Assembly: GCA_964016885.1 (NCBI GenBank)
Contig: OZ024744.1
Location: 105,152,001 to 105,216,000, forward strand
Source: Eledone cirrhosa
Lineage: Eukaryota
Direction: 5' to 3'
DNA length: 64,000 bases
The notes below the pieces were generated by a model. It saw only the letters and a list, made by a program, of their open reading frames with translations, did not search any database and had not been told where the DNA came from. Position 1 is the first letter of the stretch; every line of letters begins with the position of its first letter. Shown here in pieces: positions 13,601 to 28,600 of this stretch. The position numbers and the translations under genes were made by a program.

Positions 13601-16600
13601 CGGTTGTATGCCGTCTATGACTAGTATGTGTCTACGGTTGTATGCCGTCTATGACTAGTCTGTGTGAACTGTTGTATGCAGTCTATGACTAGTCTGTGTC
13701 TACTGTTGTATGCCGTCTATGACTAGGCTGTGTGTACGGTTGTATGCAGTCTATGACTAGTCTGTGTCTACGGTTGTATGCCGTCTATGACTAGTCTGTG
13801 CGTACGGTTGTATGCAGTCTATGACTAGTCTGTGTCTACGGTTGTATGGCGTCTATGACTAGTTTGTGTCTACAGTTGTATGCCATCTATGACTAGTCTG
13901 TGTGTACGGTTGTATGCAGTCTATGACTAGTCTGTGTCTACAGTTGTATGCCGTCTATGACTAGTCTGAGTCTACGGTTGTATGCAGTCTATGACTAGTC
14001 TGTGTGTACGGTTGTATGCCGTCTATGACTAGTCTACGGCTGTATGCCGTCTATGACTAGTCTGTGTCTACGGTTGTATGCCGTCTATGACTAGTCTGTG
14101 TCTACAGTTGTATGCCGTCTATGACTAGTTTGTGTCTACGGTTGTATACCGTCTATGACTAGTCTGTGTCTACGGTTGTATGCAGTCTATGACTAGTCTG
14201 TGTCTACGGTTGTATGCCGTCTATGACTAGTCTGTGTCTACGGTTGTATGCCGTCTATGACTAGTCTGTGTCTACAGTTGTATGCCGTCTATGACTAGTC
14301 TGTGTCTTCGGTTGTATGCCGTCTATGACTAGTCTGTGTCTACGGTTGTATGCCGTCTATGACTAGTCTGTGTCTACGTTTGTATGCCGTCTATGACTAG
14401 TCTGTGTCTACGGTTGTATGCCGTCTATGACTAGTCTGTTTCTACGGTTGTATGCCGTCTATGACTAATCTGTGTCTACGGTTGTATGCCATCTATGACT
14501 AGTCTGTGTGTACGGTTGTATGCCGTCTATGACTAGTCTGTGTCTACGGATGTATGCCGTCTATGACTAGTCTGTGTCTACAGTTGTATGCCGTTTATGA
14601 CTAGTCTGTGTGTACGGTTATATGCCGTCTATGACTAGTCTGTGTCTACAGTTGTATGCCGTCTATGACTAGTCTGTGTCTACAGTTGTATGCCGTCTAT
14701 GACTAGTCTGTGTCTACAGTTGTATACCGTCTATGACTTGTCTATGTCTACAGTTGTATGCCGTCTATGACTAGTCTGTGTCTACGGTTGTATGCCGTCT
14801 ATGACTAGTCTGTGTCTACGGTTGTATGCCGTCAATGACTAGACTGTGTCTACAGTTGTATGCCATCTATGACTAGTTTGTGTCTACTGCTGTATGCAGT
14901 CTATGACTAGTCTGTGTCTACGGTTGTATGCAGGCTATGACTAGTCATTGTCTACGGTTGTATGCAGGTTATGACTAGTCTGTGTCTACGGTTGTATGCC
15001 GTCTATGACTAGTCTGTGTCTACAGTTGTATGCCGTCTATGACTAGTCTGTGTCTTAGGTTGTATGCCGTCTATGACTAGTCTGTGTGTACGGTTGTATT
15101 CCGTCTATGACTAGTCTGTGTCTACGGTTTATGCCGTCTATGACTAGTCTGTGTCTACGGTTGTATGCCGTCTATGACTAGTCTGTGTGTACGGTTGTAT
15201 GCCGTCTATGACTAGTCTGTGTCTACGGTTGTATGCCATCTATGACTAGTCTGTGTGTACGGTTGTATGCCGTCTATGACTAGTCTGTGTCTACAGTTGT
15301 ATGCCGTCTATGACTAGTCTGTGTATACGGTTGTATGCCGTCTATGACTAGTCTGTGTCTACAGTTGTATGCGGTCTATGACTAGTCTGTGTCTACGGTT
15401 GTATGCCGTCTATGACTAGTCTGTGTGTACGGTTGTATGCCGTCTATGACTAGTCTGTGTCTACGGTTGTATGCCGTCTATGACTAGTCTGTGTCTACGG
15501 TTGTATTCGGTCTATGACTAGTCTGTGTCTACGGTTGTATGCCGTCTATGACTAGTCTGTGTCTACGGTTGTATGCTGTCTATGACTAGTCTGTGTGTAC
15601 GGTTGTATGCCGTCTATGACTAGTCTGTGTGTACGGTTGTATACCGTCCATGACTAGTCTGAGTCTACGGTTGTATGCCGTCTATGAATAGTATGTGTGT
15701 ACGGTTGTATGCCGTCTATGACTAGTCTGTGTCTACGGTTGTATGCCGTCTATGACTAGTCTGTGTGTACGGTTGTATGTCGTCTATGACTAGTCTGTGT
15801 ATACGGTTGTATGCCGTCTATGACTAGTCTGTGTCTACGGTTGTATGCCGTCTATGACTAGTCTGTGTCTACAGTTGTATGCCGTCTATGACTATTTTGT
15901 GTCTACGGTTGTATGCCGTCTATGACTAGTCTGTGTCTACAGTTGTATGCCGTCTCTGACTAGTCTGTGTCTACGGTTGTATGCCGTCTATGACTAGTCT
16001 GTGTCTACGGTTGTATGTCGTCTATGACTAGTCTGTGTCTACCGTTGTATGCCGTCTATGACTAGTCTGTGTCTACGGTTGTATGCCATCTATGACTAGT
16101 CTGTGTGTACGGTTGTATGCCGTCTATGACTAGTCTGTGTCTACAGTTGTATGTCGTCTATGACTACTCTGTGTCTACGGTTGTATGCCGTCAATGTCTA
16201 GTCTGTGTCTACGGTTGTATGCCGTCTATGACTAGTATGTGTCTACGGTTGTATGCCGTCTATGACTAGTCTGTGTCTACGGTTGTATGCCGTCTATGAC
16301 TAGTCTGTGTCTACTGTTGTATGCCGTCTATGACTAGGCTGTGTGTACGGTTGTATGGCGTCTATGACTACTCTGTGTCTACAGTTGTATGCCATCTATG
16401 ACTAGTCTGTGTGTACGGTTGTATGCAGTCTATGACTAGTCTGTGTCTACAGTTGTATGCCGTATATGAATAGTCTGAGTCTACGGTTGTATGCAGTCTA
16501 TGACTAGTCTGTGTGTACGGTTGTATGCCGTCTATGACTAGTCTGTGTCTACGGTTGTATGCAGTCTATGACTAGTCTGTGTCTACGGTTGTATGCCGTC

Positions 16601-17310
16601 TATGACTAGTCTGTGTCTACGGTTGTATGCCGTCTATGACTAGTCTGTGTCTACAGTTGTATGCCGTCTATGACTAGTCTGTGTCTTCGGTTGTATGCCC
16701 TCTATGACTAGTCTGTGTCTACGGTTGTATGCCGTCTATGACTAGTCTGTGTCTACAGTTGTATGCCGTCTATGACTAGTCTGTGTCTACGGTTGTATGC
16801 CGTCTATGACTAGTCTGTGTGTACGGTTGTATGCAGTCTATGACTAATCTGTGTCTACGGTTGTATGCCGTCTATGACTAGTCTGTGTCTACGGTTGTAT
16901 GCCGTCTATGACTAGTCTGTGTCTACAGTTGTATGCCGTCTATGACTAGTCTGTGTCTACGGTTGTATGCCGTCTATGACTAGTCTGTGTCTACGGTTGT
17001 ATGCCGTCTATGACTAGTCTGTGTGTACGGTTGTATGCCGTCTATGACTAGTCTGTGTCTACGGTTGTATGCCATCTATGACTCGTCTGTGTGTACGGTT
17101 GTATGCCGTCTATGACTAGTGTGAGTCTACAGTTGTATGCCGTCTATGACTAGTCTGTGTCTACGGTTGTATGCCGTCTATGACTAGTCTGTGTCTACGG
17201 TTGTATGCCGTCTATGACAAGTCTGTGTCTACGGTTGTATGCCGTCTATGACTAGTCTGTGTCTACAGTTGTATGCGGTCTATGACTAGTCTGTGTCTAC
17301 GGTTGTATGC
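7700..17310. repeat. Block duplication: ~7.7-11.54 kb repeated at ~13.47-17.31 kb (offset 5768 bp = 170 monomers minus 12 bp of small deletions)
   Basis: Constant 5768 offset for cgtctaacta (7744/13512), tagtcatt (9174/14942), ggtttatgcc (9361/15129), gtccatgac (9881/15649), tgactcgt (11311/17079) and gacaag (11451/17219). Confidence 0.9.
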
Positions 17311-20300
17311 CGTCTATAACTAGTCTGTGTGTACGGTTGTATGCCCTCTATGACTAGTCTGTGTCTACCGTTGTATGCCGTCTGTCACTAGTCTGTGTGT
17401 ACGGTTGTATGCCGTCTATGACTAGTCTGTGTCTACGGTTGTATTCGGTCTATGACTAGTCTGTGTCTACGGTTGTATGCCGTCTATGACTAGTCTGTGT
17501 CTACGGTTGTATGCCGTCTATGACTAGTCTGTGTCTACGGTTGTATGCCGTCTATGACTAGTCTGTGTCTACGGTTGTATGCCATCTATGACTAGTCTGT
17601 GTGTACGGTTGTATGCCGTCTATGACTAGTCTGTGTCTACGGTTGTATGTCGTCTATGACTAGTCTGTGTCTACGGTTGTATGCCGTCTATGACTAGTCT
17701 GTGTCTACGGTTGTATGCCGTCTATGACTAGTCTGAGTCTACGGTTGTATGGCGTCTATGACTAGTCTGAGTCTACGGTTGTATGCCGTCTATGACTAGT
17801 CTGTGTCTACAGTTGTATGCCGTCTATGACTAGTCTGTGTCTACGGTTGTATGCCGTCTATGACTAGTCTGTGTCTACGGTTGTATGCCGTCTATGACTA
17901 GTATGTGTCTACGGTTGTATACCGTCTATGACTAGTCTGTGTGTACGGTTGTATGCAGTCTATGACTAGTCTGTGTCTACTGTTGTATGCCGTCTATGAC
18001 AAGTCTGTGTGTACGGTGGTATGCAGTCTATGACTAGTCTGTGTCTACGGTTGTATGCCGTCTATGACTAGTCTGTGTGTACGGTTGTATGCCGTCTATG
18101 ACTAGTCTGTGTCTACGGTTGTGTTCGGTCTATGACTAGTCTGTGTCTACGGTTGTATGCCGTCTATGACTAGTCTGTGTCTACGGTTGTATGCTGTCTA
18201 TGACTAGTCTGTGTGTACGGTTGTATGCTGTCTATGACTAGTCTGTGTGTACGGTTGTATGCCGTCTATGACTAGTCTGAGTCTACGGTTGTATGCCGTC
18301 TATGAATAGTCTGTGTGTACGGTTGTATGCCGTCTATGTCTAGTCTGTGTCTACGGTTGTATGCCGTCTATGACTAGTCTCTGTGTACGGTTGTATGCCG
18401 TCTATGACTAGTCTGTGTATACGGTTGTATGCCGTCTATGACTAGTCTGTGTCTACGGTTGTATGCCGTCTATGTCTAGTCTGTGTCTATAGTTGTATGC
18501 CGTCTATGACTAGTCCGTGTCTACGGTTGTATGCCGTCTATGACTAGTCTGTGTCTACAGTTGTATGCCGTCTCTGACTAGTCTGTGTCTACGGTTGTAT
18601 GCCGTCTATGACTAGTCTGTGTCTACGGTTGTATGCCGTCTATGACTAGTCTGTGTCTACGGTTGTATGCCGTCTATGACTAGTCTGTGTCTACGGTTGT
18701 ATGCCATCTATGACTAGTCTGTGTGTACGGTTGTATGCCGTCTATGACTAGTCTGTGTCTACAGTTGTATGTCGTCTATGACTACTCTGTGTCTACGGTT
18801 GTATGCCGTCTATGACTAGTCTGTGTCTACGGTTGTATGCCGTCTATGACTAGTATGTGTCTACGGTTGTATGCCGTCTATGACTAGTCTGTGTGTACGG
18901 TTGTATGCAGTCTATGACTAGTCTGTGTCTACTGTTGTATGCCGTCTATGACTAGGCTGTGTGTACGGCTGTATGCAGTCTATGACTAGTCTGTGTCTAC
19001 GGTTGTATGCCGTCTATGACTAGTCTGTGCGTACGGTTGTATGCAGTCTATGACTAGTCTGTGTCTACGGTTGTATGGCGTCTATGACTAGTTTGTGTCT
19101 ACAGTTGTATGCCATCTATGACTAGTCTGTGTGTACGGTTGTATGCAGTCTATGACTAGTCTGTGTCTACAGTTGTATGCCGTCTATGACTAGTCTGAGT
19201 CTACGGTTGTATGCAGTCTATGACTAGTCTGTGTGTACGGTTGTATGCCGTCTATGACTAGTCTGTGTCTACGGTTGTATGCCGTCTATGACTAGTCTGT
19301 GTCTACAGTTGTATGCCGTCTATGACTAGTCTGTGTCTACGGTTGTATGCCGTCTATGACTAGTCTGTGTCTACAGTTGTATGCCGTCTATGACTAGTGT
19401 GTGTCTACGGTTGTATACCGTCTATGACTAGTCTGTGTCTACGGTTGTATGCAGTCTATGACTAGTCTGTGTCTACGGTTGTATGCCGTCTATGACTAGT
19501 CGGTGTCTACGGTTGTAGGCCGTCTATGACTAGTCTGTGTCTACAGTTGTATGCCGTTTATGACTAGTCTGTGTCTTCGGTTGTATGCCCTCTATGACTA
19601 GTCTGTGTCTACGGTTGTATGCCGTCTATGACTAGTCTGTGTCTACAGTTGTATGCCGTCTATGACTAGTCTGTGTCTACGGTTGTATGCCGTCTATGAC
19701 TAGTCTGTGTGTACGGTTGTATGCAGTCTATGACTAATCTGTGTCTACGGTTGTATGCCGTCTATGACTAGTCTGCGTCTACGGTTGTATGCCGTCTATG
19801 ACTAGTCTGTGTCTACAGTTGTATGCCGTCTATGACTAGTCTGTGTCTACGGTTGTATGCCGTCTATGACTAGTCTGTGTCTACGGTTGTATGCCGTCTA
19901 TGACTAGTCTGTGTACCGTTGTATGCCGTCTATGACTAGTCTGTGTCTACAGTTGTATGCCGTCTATGACTAGTCTGTGCCTACGGTTGTATGCCGTCTA
20001 TGACTAGTCTGTGTCTACGGTTGTATGCCGTCTATGACTAGTCTGTGTGTACGGTTGTATGCCGTCTATGACTAGTCTGTGTGTACGGTTGTATGCCGTC
20101 TATGACTAGTCTGTGTCTACGGTTGTATGCTATCTATGACTAGTCTGTGTGTACGGTTGTATGCCGTCTATGACTAGTCTGTGTCTACGGTTGTATGCCG
20201 TCTATGACTAGTCTGTGTCTACGGTTGTATGCCGTCTATGACTAGTCTGTGTCTACAGTTGTATGCCGTCTATGACTAGTCTGTGTCTACGGTTGTATAC

Positions 20301-22529
20301 CGTCTATGACTAGTCTGTGTGTACGGTTGTATGCCGTCTATGACTAGTCTGTGTCTACAGTTGTATGCCGTCTATGACTACTCTGTGTCTACGGTTGTAT
20401 GCCGTCTATGACTAGTCTGTGTCTACGGTTGTATGCCGTCTATGACTAGTCTGTGTCTACGGTTGTATGCTGTCTATGACTAGTCTGTGTCTACTGCTGT
20501 ATGCAGTCTATGACTAGTCTGTGTCTACGGTTGTATGCAGGCTATGACTAGTCATTGTCTACGGTTGTATGCCGTCTATGACTAGTCTGTGTCTACGGTT
20601 GTATGCCGTCTATGACTAGTCTGTGTGTACGGTTGTATGCCGTGTATGACTAGTCTGTGTCTACGGTTGTATGCCGTCTATGACTAGTCTGTGTCTACAG
20701 TTGTATGCGGTCTATGACTAGTCTGTGTCTACGGTTGTATGCCGTCTATAACTAGTCTGTGTACGGTTGTATGCCCTCTATGACTAGTCTGTGTCTACGG
20801 TTGTATGCCGTCTGTGACTAGTCTGTGTGTACGGTTGTATGCCGTCTATGACTAGTCTGTGTCTACGGTTGTATTCGGTCTATGACTAGTCGGTGTCTAC
20901 GGTTGTATGCCGTCTATGACTAGTCTGTGTCTACGGTTGTATGCCGTCTATGACTAGTCTGTGTCTACGGTTGTATGCCGTCTATGACTAGTCTGTGTCT
21001 ACGGTTGTATGCCATCTATGACTAGTATGTGTGTACGGTTGTATGCCGTCTATGACTAGTCTGTGTCTACAGTTGTATGTCGTCTATGACTACTCTGTGT
21101 CTACGGTTGTATGCCGTCAATGACTAGTCTGTGTCTACGGTTGTATGCCGTCTATGACTAGTATGTGTATACGGTTGTATGCCATCTATGACTAGTCTGT
21201 GTGTACGGTTGTATGCAGTCTATGACTAGTCTGTGTCTACGGTTGTATGCCGTCTATGACTAGTCTGTGCGTACGGTTGTATGCAGTCTATGACTAGTCT
21301 GTGTCTACGGTTGTATGGCGTCTATGACTAGTCTGTGTCTACAGTTGTATGCCATCTATGACTAGTCTGTGTGTACGGTTGTATGCAGTCTATGACTAGT
21401 CTGTGTCTACAGTTGTATGCCGTATATGACTAGTCTGAGTCTACGGTTGTATGCAGTCTATGACTAGTCTGTGTGTACGGTTGTATGCCGTCTATGACTA
21501 GTCTGTGTCTACGGTTGTATGCCGTCTATGACTAGTCTGTGTCTACAGTTGTATGCCGTCTATGACTAGTCTGTGTCTACGGTTGTATGCCGTCTATGAC
21601 TAGTCTGTGTCTACAGTTGTATGCCGTCTATGACTAGTGTGTGTCTACGGTTGTATACCGTCTATGACTAGTCTGTGTCTACGGTTGTATGCAGTCTATG
21701 ACTAGTCTGTGTCTACGGTTGTATGCCGTCTATGACTAGTCTGTGTCTACGGTTGTATTCCGTCTATGACTAGTCTGTGTCTACAGTTGTATGCCGTCTA
21801 TGACTAGTCTGTGTCTTCAGTTGTATGCCCTCTATGACTAGTCTGTGTCTACGGTTGTATGCCGTCTATGACTAGTCTGTGTCTACAGTTGTATGCCGTC
21901 TATGACTAGTCTGTGTCTACGGTTGTATGCCGTCTATGACTAGTCTGTGTGTACGGTTGTATGCAGTCTATGACTAATCTGTGTCTACGGTTGTATGCCG
22001 TCTATGACTAGTCTGTGTCTACGGTTGTATGCCGTCTATGACTAGTCTGTGTCTACAGTTGTATGCGGTCTATGACTAGTCTGTGTCTACGGTTGTATGC
22101 CGTCTATAACTAGTCTGTGTGTACGGTTGTATGCCCTCTATGACTAGTCTGTGTCTACGGTTGTATGCCGTCTGTCACTAGTCTGTGTGTACGGTTGTAT
22201 GCCGTCTATGACTAGTCTGTGTCTACGGTTGTATTCGGTCTATGACTAGTCTGTGTCTACGGTTGTATGCCGTCTATGCCTAGTCTGTGTCTACTGTTGT
22301 ATGCAGTCTATGACTAGTCTGTGTCTACGGTTGTATGCCGTCTATGACTAGTGTGTGTCTTCGGTTGTATGCCGTCTATGACTAGTCTGTGTCTACGGTT
22401 GTATGCCGTCTATGACTAGTCTGTGTCTACGGTTGTATGCCATCTATGACTAGTCTGTGTGTACGGTTGTATGCCGTCTATGACTAGTATGTGTCTACGG
22501 TTGTATGTCGTCTATGACTAGTCTGTGTC

Positions 22530-25500
22530 TACGGTTGTATGCCGTCTATGACTAGTCTGTGTCTACGGTTGTATGCCGTCTATGACAAGTCTGTGTCTAC
22601 GGTTGTATGCCGTCTATGACTAGTCTGTGTCTACAGTTGTATGCGGTCTATGACTAGTCTGTGTCTACGGTTGTATGCCGTCTATAACTAGTCTGTGTGT
22701 ACGGTTGTATGCCCTCTATGACTAGTCTGGGTCTACGGTTGTATGCCGTCTGTCACTAGTCTGTGTGTACGGTTGTATGCCGTCTATGACTAGTCTGTGT
22801 CTACGGTTGTATGCCGTCTATGACTAGTCTGTGTCTACGGTTGTATGCCGTCTATGACTAGTCTGTGTCTACGGTTGTATGCCGTCTATGACTAGTCTGT
22901 GTGCACGGTTGTATGCCGTCTATGACTAGTCTGAGTCTACGGTTGTATGCCGTCTATGCCTAGTCTGTGTCTACGGTTGTATGCAGTCTATGACTAGTCT
23001 GATCCACGGTTGTATGCCGTCTATGACTAGTGTGTGTCTTCGGTTGTATGCCGTCTATGACTAGTCTGTGTCTACGGTTGTATGTCGTCTATGACTAGTC
23101 TGTGTCTACGGTTGTATGCCGTCTATGACTAGTCTGTGTCTACGGTTGTATGCCGTCTATGACTAGTCTGAGTCTACGGTTGTATGGCGTCTATGACTAT
23201 TCTGTGTCTACGGTTGTATGCCGTCTATGACTAGTCTGTGTCTACAGTTGTATGCCGTCTATGACTAGTCTGTGTCTACGGTTGTATGCCGTCTATGACT
23301 AGTCTGTGTCTACGGTTGTATGCCGTCTATGACTAGTATGTGTCTACGGTTGTATGCCGTCTATGACTAGTCTGTGTGTACGGTTGTATGCAGTCTATGA
23401 CTAGTCTGTGTCTACTGTTGTATGCCGTCTATGACAAGTCTGTGTGTACGGTGGTATGCAGTCTATGACTAGTCTGTGTCTACGGTTGTATGCCGTCTAT
23501 GACTAGTCTGTGTGTACGGTTGTATGCCGTCTATGACTAGTCTGTGTCTACGGTTGTATTCGGTCTATGACTAGTCTGTGTCTACGGTTGTATGCCGTCT
23601 ATGACTAGTCTGTGTCTACGGTTGTATGCTGTCTATGACTAGTCTGTGTGTACGGTTGTATGCCGTCTATGACTAGTCTGTGTGTACGGTTGTATGCCGT
23701 CTATGACTAGTCTGTGTCTACGGTTGTATGCCGTCTATGAATAGTCTGTGTACGGTTGTATGCCGTCTATGTCTAGTCTGTGTCTACGGTTGTATGCCGT
23801 CTATGACTAGTCTCTGTGTACGGTTGTATGCCGTCTATGACTAGTCTGTGTATACGGTTGTATGCCGTCTATGACTAGTCTGTGTCTACGGTTGTATGCC
23901 GTCTATGACTAGTCTGTGTCTACAGTTGTATGCCGTCTATGACTAGTCTGTGTCTACGGTTGTATGCCGTCTATGACTAGTCTGTGTCTACAGTTGTATG
24001 CCGTCTCTGACTAGTCTGTGTCTACGGTTGTATGCCGTCTATGACTAGTCTGTGTCTACGGTTGTATGCCGTCTATGACAAGTCTGTGTCTACGGTTGTA
24101 TGCCGTCTATGACTAGTCTGTGTCTACAGTTGTATGCGGTCTATGACTAGTCTGTGTCTACGGTTGTATGCCGTCTATAACTAGTCTGTGTGTACGGTTG
24201 TATGCCCTCTATGACTAGTCTGTGTCTACGGTTGTATGCCGTCTGTCACTAGTCTGTGTGTACGGTTGTATGCCGTCTATGACTAGTCTGTGTCTACGGT
24301 TGTATGCCGTCTATGACTAGTCTGTGTCTACGGTTGTATGCCGTCTATGACTAGTCTGTGTCTACGGTTGTATGCCGTCTATGACTAGTCTGTGTGCACG
24401 GTTGTATGCCGTCTATGACTAGTCTGAGTCTACGGTTGTATGCCGTCTATGCCTAGTCTGTGTCTACGGTTGTATGCAGTCTATGACTAGTCTGATCCAC
24501 GGTTGTATGCCGTCTATGACTAGTGTGTGTCTTCGGTTGTATGCCGTCTATGACTAGTCTGTGTCTACGGTTGTATGCCGTCTATGACTAGTCTGTGTCT
24601 GCGGTTGTATGCCATCTATGACTAGTCTGTGTGTACGGTTGTATGCCGTCTATGACTAGTCTGTGTCTACGGTTGTATGTCGTCTATGACTAGTCTGTGT
24701 CTACGGTTGTATGCCGTCTATGACTAGTCTGTGTCTACGGTTGTATGCCGTCTATGACTAGTCTGAGTCTACGGTTGTATGGCGTCTATGACTATTCTGT
24801 GTCTACGGTTGTATGCCGTCTATGACTAGTCTGTGTCTACAGTTGTATGCCGTCTATGACTAGTCTGTGTCTACGGTTGTATGCCGTCTATGACTAGTCT
24901 GTGTCTACGGTTGTATGCCGTCTATGACTAGTATGTGTCTACGGTTGTATGCCGTCTATGACTAGTCTGTGTGTACGGTTGTATGCAGTCTATGACTAGT
25001 CTGTGTCTACTGTTGTATGCCGTCTATGACAAGTCTGTGTGTACGGTGGTATGCAGTCTATGACTAGTCTGTGTCTACGGTTGTATGCCGTCTATGACTA
25101 GTCTGTGTGTACGGTTGTATGCCGTCTATGACTAGTCTGTGTCTACGGTTGTATTCGGTCTATGACTAGTCTGTGTCTACGGTTGTATGCCGTCTATGAC
25201 TAGTCTGTGTCTACGGTTGTATGCTGTCTATGACTAGTCTGTGTGTACGGTTGTATGCCGTCTATGACTAGTCTGTGTGTACGGTTGTATGCCGTCTATG
25301 ACTAGTCTGTGTCTACGGTTGTATGCCGTCTATGAATAGTCTGTGTACGGTTGTATGCCGTCTATGTCTAGTCTGTGTCTACGGTTGTATGCCGTCTATG
25401 ACTAGTCTCTGTGTACGGTTGTATGCCGTCTATGACTAGTCTGTGTATACGGTTGTATGCCGTCTATGACTAGTCTGTGTCTACGGTTGTATGCCGTCTA

Positions 25501-25650
25501 TGACTAGTCTGTGTCTACAGTTGTATGCCGTCTATGACTAGTCTGTGTCTACGGTTGTATGCCGTCTATGACTAGTCTGTGTCTACAGTTGTATGCCGTC
25601 TCTGACTAGTCTGTGTCTACGGTTGTATGCCGTCTATGACTAGTCTGTGT
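22530..25650. repeat. Direct tandem duplication of a ~1.5-kb (44-monomer) block
   Basis: tatgacaag at 22581/24074 and gatccac at 23001/24494 give offset 1493 (44x34-3). actattc at 23196/24791 gives offset 1595 after a 3-monomer indel. Confidence 0.88.
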
Positions 25651-28600
25651 CTACGATTGTATGCCGTCTATGACTAGTCTGTGTCTACGGTTGTATGCCG
25701 TCTATGACTAGTCTGTGTCTACGGTTGTATGCCATCTATGACTAGTCTGTGTGTACGGTTGTATGCCGTCTAACTAGTCTGTGTCTACAGTTGTATGTCG
25801 TCTATGACTACTCTCTGTCTACGGTTGTATGCCGTCTATGACTAGTCTGTGTCTACGGTTGTATGCCGTCTATGACTAGTATGTGTCTACGGTTGTATGC
25901 CGTCTATGACTAGTCTGTGTGTACGGTTGTATGCAGTCTATGACTAGTCTGTGTCTACTGTTGTATGCCGTCTATGACTAGGCTGTGTGTACGGTTGTAT
26001 GCAGTCTATGACTAGTCTGTGTCTACGGTTGTATGCCGTCTATGACTAGTCTGTGCGTACGGTTGTATGCAGTCTATGACTAGTCTGTGTCTACGGTTGT
26101 ATGGCGTCTATGACTAGTTTGTGTCTACAGTTGTATGCCATCTATGACTAGTCTGTGTGTACGGTTGTATGCAGTCTATGACTAGTCTGTGTCTACAGTT
26201 GTATGCCGTCTATGACTAGTCTGAGTCTACGGTTGTATGCAGTCTATGACTAGTCTGTGTGTACGGTTGTATGCCGTCTATGACTAGTCTACGGCTGTAT
26301 GCCGTCTATGACTAGTCTGTGTCTACGGTTGTATGCGTCTATGACTAGTCTGTGTCTACAGTTGTATGCCGTCTATGACTAGTTTGTGTCTACGGTTGTA
26401 TACCGTCTATGACTAGTCTGTGTCTACGGTTGTATGCAGTCTATGACTAGTCTGTGTCTACGGTTGTATGCCGTCTATGACTAGTCTGTGTCTACGGTTG
26501 TATGCCGTCTATGACTAGTCTGTGTCTACAGTTGTATGCCGTCTATGACTAGTCTGTGTCTTCGGTTGTATGCCGTCTATGACTAGTCTGTGTGTACGGT
26601 TGTATGCCGTCTATGACTAGTCTGTGTCTACGTTTGTATGCCGTCTATGACTAGTCTGTGTCTAAGGTTGTATGCCGTCTATGACTAGTCTGTGTCTACG
26701 GTTGTATGCCGTCTATGACTAATCTGTGTCTACGGTTGTATGCCATCTATGACTAGTCTGTGTGTACGGTTGTATGCCGTCTATGACTAGTCTGTGTCTA
26801 CGGATGTATGCCGTCTATGACTAGTCTGTGTCTACAGTTGTATGCCGTTTATGACTAGTCTGTGTGTACGGTTATATGCCGTCTATGACTAGTCTGTGTC
26901 TACAGTTGTATGCCGTCTATGACTAGTCTGTGTCTACAGTTGTATGCCGTCTATGACTAGTCTGTGTCTACAGTTGTATACCGTCTATGACTTGTCTATG
27001 TCTACAGTTGTATGCCGTCTATGACTAGTCTGTGTCTACGGTTGTATGCCGTCTATGACTAGTCTGTGTCTACGGTTGTATGCCGTCAATGACTAGACTG
27101 TGTCTACAGTTGTATGCCATCTATGACTAGTTTGTGTCTACTGCTGTATGCAGTCTATGACTAGTCTGTGTCTACGGTTGTATGCAGGCTATGACTAGTC
27201 ATTGTCTACGGTTGTATGCAGGTTATGACTAGTCTGTGTCTACGGTTGTATGCCGTCTATGACTAGTCTGTGTCTACAGTTGTATGCCGTCTATGACTAG
27301 TCTGTGTCTTCGGTTGTATGCCGTCTATGACTAGTCTGTGTGTACGGTTGTATTCCGTCTATGACTAGTCTGTGTCTACGGTTTATGCCGTCTATGACTA
27401 GTCTGTGTCTACGGTTGTATGCCGTCTATGACTAGTCTGTGTCTACGGTTGTATGCCGTCTATGACTAGTCTGTGTCTACGGTTGTATGCCATCTATGAC
27501 TAGTCTGTGTGTACGGTTGTATGCCGTCTATGACTAGTCTGTGTCTACAGTTGTATGCCGTCTATGACTAGTCTGTGTATACGGTTGTATGCCGTCTATG
27601 ACTAGTCTGTGTCTACGGTTGTATGCCATATATGACTAGTCTGTGTCTACGGTTGTATGCCGTCTATGACTAGTCTGTGTCTACAGTTGTATGCGGTCTA
27701 TGACTAGTCTGTGTCTACGGTTGTATGCCGTCTATGACTAGTCTGTGTGTACGGTTGTATGCCGTCTATGACTAGTCTGTGTCTACGGTTGTATGCCGTC
27801 TATGACTAGTCTGTGTCTACGGTTGTATTCGGTCTATGACTAGTCTGTGTCTACGGTTGTATGCCGTCTATGACTAGTCTGTGTCTACGGTTGTATGCTG
27901 TCTATGACTAGTCTGTGTGTACGGTTGTATGCCGTCTATGACTAGTCCGTGTGTACGGTTGTATACCGTCCATGACTAGTCTGAGTCTACGGTTGTATGC
28001 CGTCTATGAATAGTCTGTGTGTACGGTTGTATGCCGTCTATGACTAGTCTGTGTCTACGGTTGTATGCCGTCTATGACTAGTCTGTGTGTACGGTTGTAT
28101 GCCGTCTATGACTAGTCTGTGTATACGGTTGTATGCCGTCTATGACTAGTGTGTGTCTACGGTTGTATGCCGTCTATGACTAGTCTGTGTCTACAGTTGT
28201 ATGCCGTCTATGACTAGTCTGTGTCTACGGTTGTATGCCGTCTATGACTAGTCTGTGTCTACAGTTGTATGCCGCCTCTGACTAGTCTGTGTCTACGGTT
28301 GTATGCCGTCTATGACTAGTCTGTGTCTACGGTTGTATGCCGTCTATGACTAGTCTGTGTCTACGGTTGTATGCCGTCTATGACTAGTCTGTGTCTACGG
28401 TTGTATGCCATCTATGACTAGTCTGTGTGTACGGTTGTATGCCGTCTATGACTAGTCTGTGTCTACAGTTGTATGTCGTCTATGACTACTCTGTGTCTAC
28501 GGTTGTATGCCGTCAATGTCTAGTCTGTGTCTACGGTTGTATGCCGTCTATGACTAGTATGTGTCTACGGTTGTGTGCCGTCTATGACTAGTCTGTGTCT

